DNA of 64,000 nucleotides from the NCBI RefSeq assembly GCF_018350175.1, contig NC_058368.1, positions 233,432,001 to 233,496,000 of the forward strand, read 5' to 3'. A model generated the notes under the pieces. It was not told the DNA's origin. It ran no database searches and saw nothing but the letters and a program-made list of their open reading frames with translations. Source of the DNA: Felis catus. Its lineage: Eukaryota. The translations under genes and the position numbers were made by a program. Below, one piece after another: positions 62,523 through 64,000 of this stretch (positions are counted from its first letter, which is position 1; each line of letters begins with the position of its first letter).

Positions 62523-64000
62523 GCATGGGAGCCTTCACCAACGGCCTGAGGTTGGTGGCATGGCCACGCATTTTTACAGGTCTCTCTGTTCCTGGATTGT
62601 ATCACAGGTACTTAAAGATGTTCTGGGACCCTGTTTAGACACAGCTGCATGTATCTTCACGTTTTAAATACTCCATGTGTGACTTAGAAGTATTTCCTGA
62701 GATAGGAGAGATATTGCTGATTTTTGGACAGCTAAGTCTGGAAAGGGCAATTTCTAGTGTTAATACACCTTGTTAGATAGTGGGAGAATGTTTTTTTCTT
62801 TAATTCTTTAGGTGAAACACTTAAAAACCTGAAGGCAGGCCAGTGTTTTAAATAATCTTACTCCTTAACATGTGTGAATGTTCTTGAAATACATCTATTT
62901 TTTTTTTAATCTCTCAAAATGCTAAGGACTTAAAAAAAATTTTTTTTTTACCTCTGATTCTTCATTTATCCAATGCTTCCTTAGTTCCTACTGATATGTA
63001 ACTTTTTTCTGTGATTCCCGTCCCAAGATGCATTTCTCATCATACATTTAGCTCTGTGCATGCTTGGGCCACGTTCAACACTAGCTCTACGCACCTATCC
63101 TAAATTCTGAGGTCAAACTGAGATTTGTCTTAGCTGTGTATTTCAATTGCAGTTAACTATGTTTCTTAATAATGAACTTCAAAAATCACTGACTTGAGGC
63201 AACTAGACTGGAAGCCAGCATCATGCACCAGAAAGGGTCTGGGCCTGAGAGCAAAAGGCAATTCGTCAATGCCCAGCAAATTATAGATGTGTTTGTGGTT
63301 GTTGTTCTTGAACTATTGAACAGGGTGGGTGATAACGTGAAGGTGGGATGAATGAATGAAAACAGATGCACAAGGTACTTATGGAGATAACCTGGTGAGA
63401 ATAAAAAGCATCACTGCAATATAGTTGAATGGATGTAAGGACAAAGCCCAAAGGCTTTTTGTATGAGGAACGGGGGTGAGGGGAGTCAGAGAGGAGTGAG
63501 GGACCGGGCACCCATGTCTGGAAGGGTTGTGTCCTGCAGTCGGGAGATGGGAAGCACGGGAGGAAACCCCCTCCCCATGCTGAAGTGAGAGCCTGCACTG
63601 CTCCTCTCTGGAGCTAGGGGAGAAGGAGGCCTCTCACGGTTCTCCTTCTGGACCTCAATCCGATGCTGGTAACATGCTGGTTTTCCAAGTACTGTGATTT
63701 CAGGAATGGCTCCCTGGGAAGAGACGGGACAGACTATGGGAGACTTGGAAAGCAGGAACTTTCACCATCAATGAATTAAGGTGCCTATCAGTCCCGTGTG
63801 ATACTGGTCACTGGTTGGCCACACCCCAGAAGCCCATCATTCCTGATGGACAGGAAATGCTAGCTTCACTGAGGCCCTGACCCTGCCAAGCTTGTCTTGA
63901 GGAATTGGTTCTTATATCAAGAGCCCACTGACCCTACCTTCAATCTTACTACAATGCTGAGCGTGCTGGGCTCCAGAGATGCCGTGAGATCTGACCATGA

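Larger units (their letters stand above)
1..64000 (-). other. ADCY2: Internal portion of the ADCY2 transcription unit (window starts and ends in introns; no start or stop codon seen)
   Basis: Ten minus-strand exons with consistent phases translate to the recognisable AC2 sequence. The flanking exons (ending ...KRHTNV upstream, starting QCSKK... downstream) were not found in the window. Confidence 0.96.

Noticed and set aside
1..64000. Prokaryotic-type or otherwise novel systems (CRISPR array, operon, intact retroelement, nested gene)
   Set aside because: The sequence is accounted for by mammalian ADCY2 exons, introns and common repeats; no array, long intact ORF or second spliced gene was seen.

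Overview
Mammalian genomic DNA from a felid, most likely cat or a close relative (dense SINEC_Fc-type carnivore SINEs and carnivore L1). The whole window lies inside one minus-strand gene, adenylate cyclase type 2 (ADCY2). Ten consecutive coding exons (about exons 6-15, numbered from my recollection of the human gene) were located by hand. All have GT-AG boundaries and splice into one uninterrupted reading frame covering the C1a catalytic domain, C1b (including the PFAHL motif) and the start of the second transmembrane cluster. The rest is intron: about 28 Can-SINEs, L1 fragments (four apparently with 5' inversions), L2/MIR relics, MaLR/ERVL LTRs and microsatellites. I found no convincing novel biological system. 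The best leads are RNA-structure and regulatory hypotheses: a nested inverted SINE hairpin next to exon 15, near-identical inverted young SINEs bracketing an in-frame exon 8-12 block, a 14-bp palindrome containing a full CRE, and an apparent one-codon deletion in exon 10. Exon coordinates were counted from the sequence; repeat boundaries and subfamily names are approximate, by eye.
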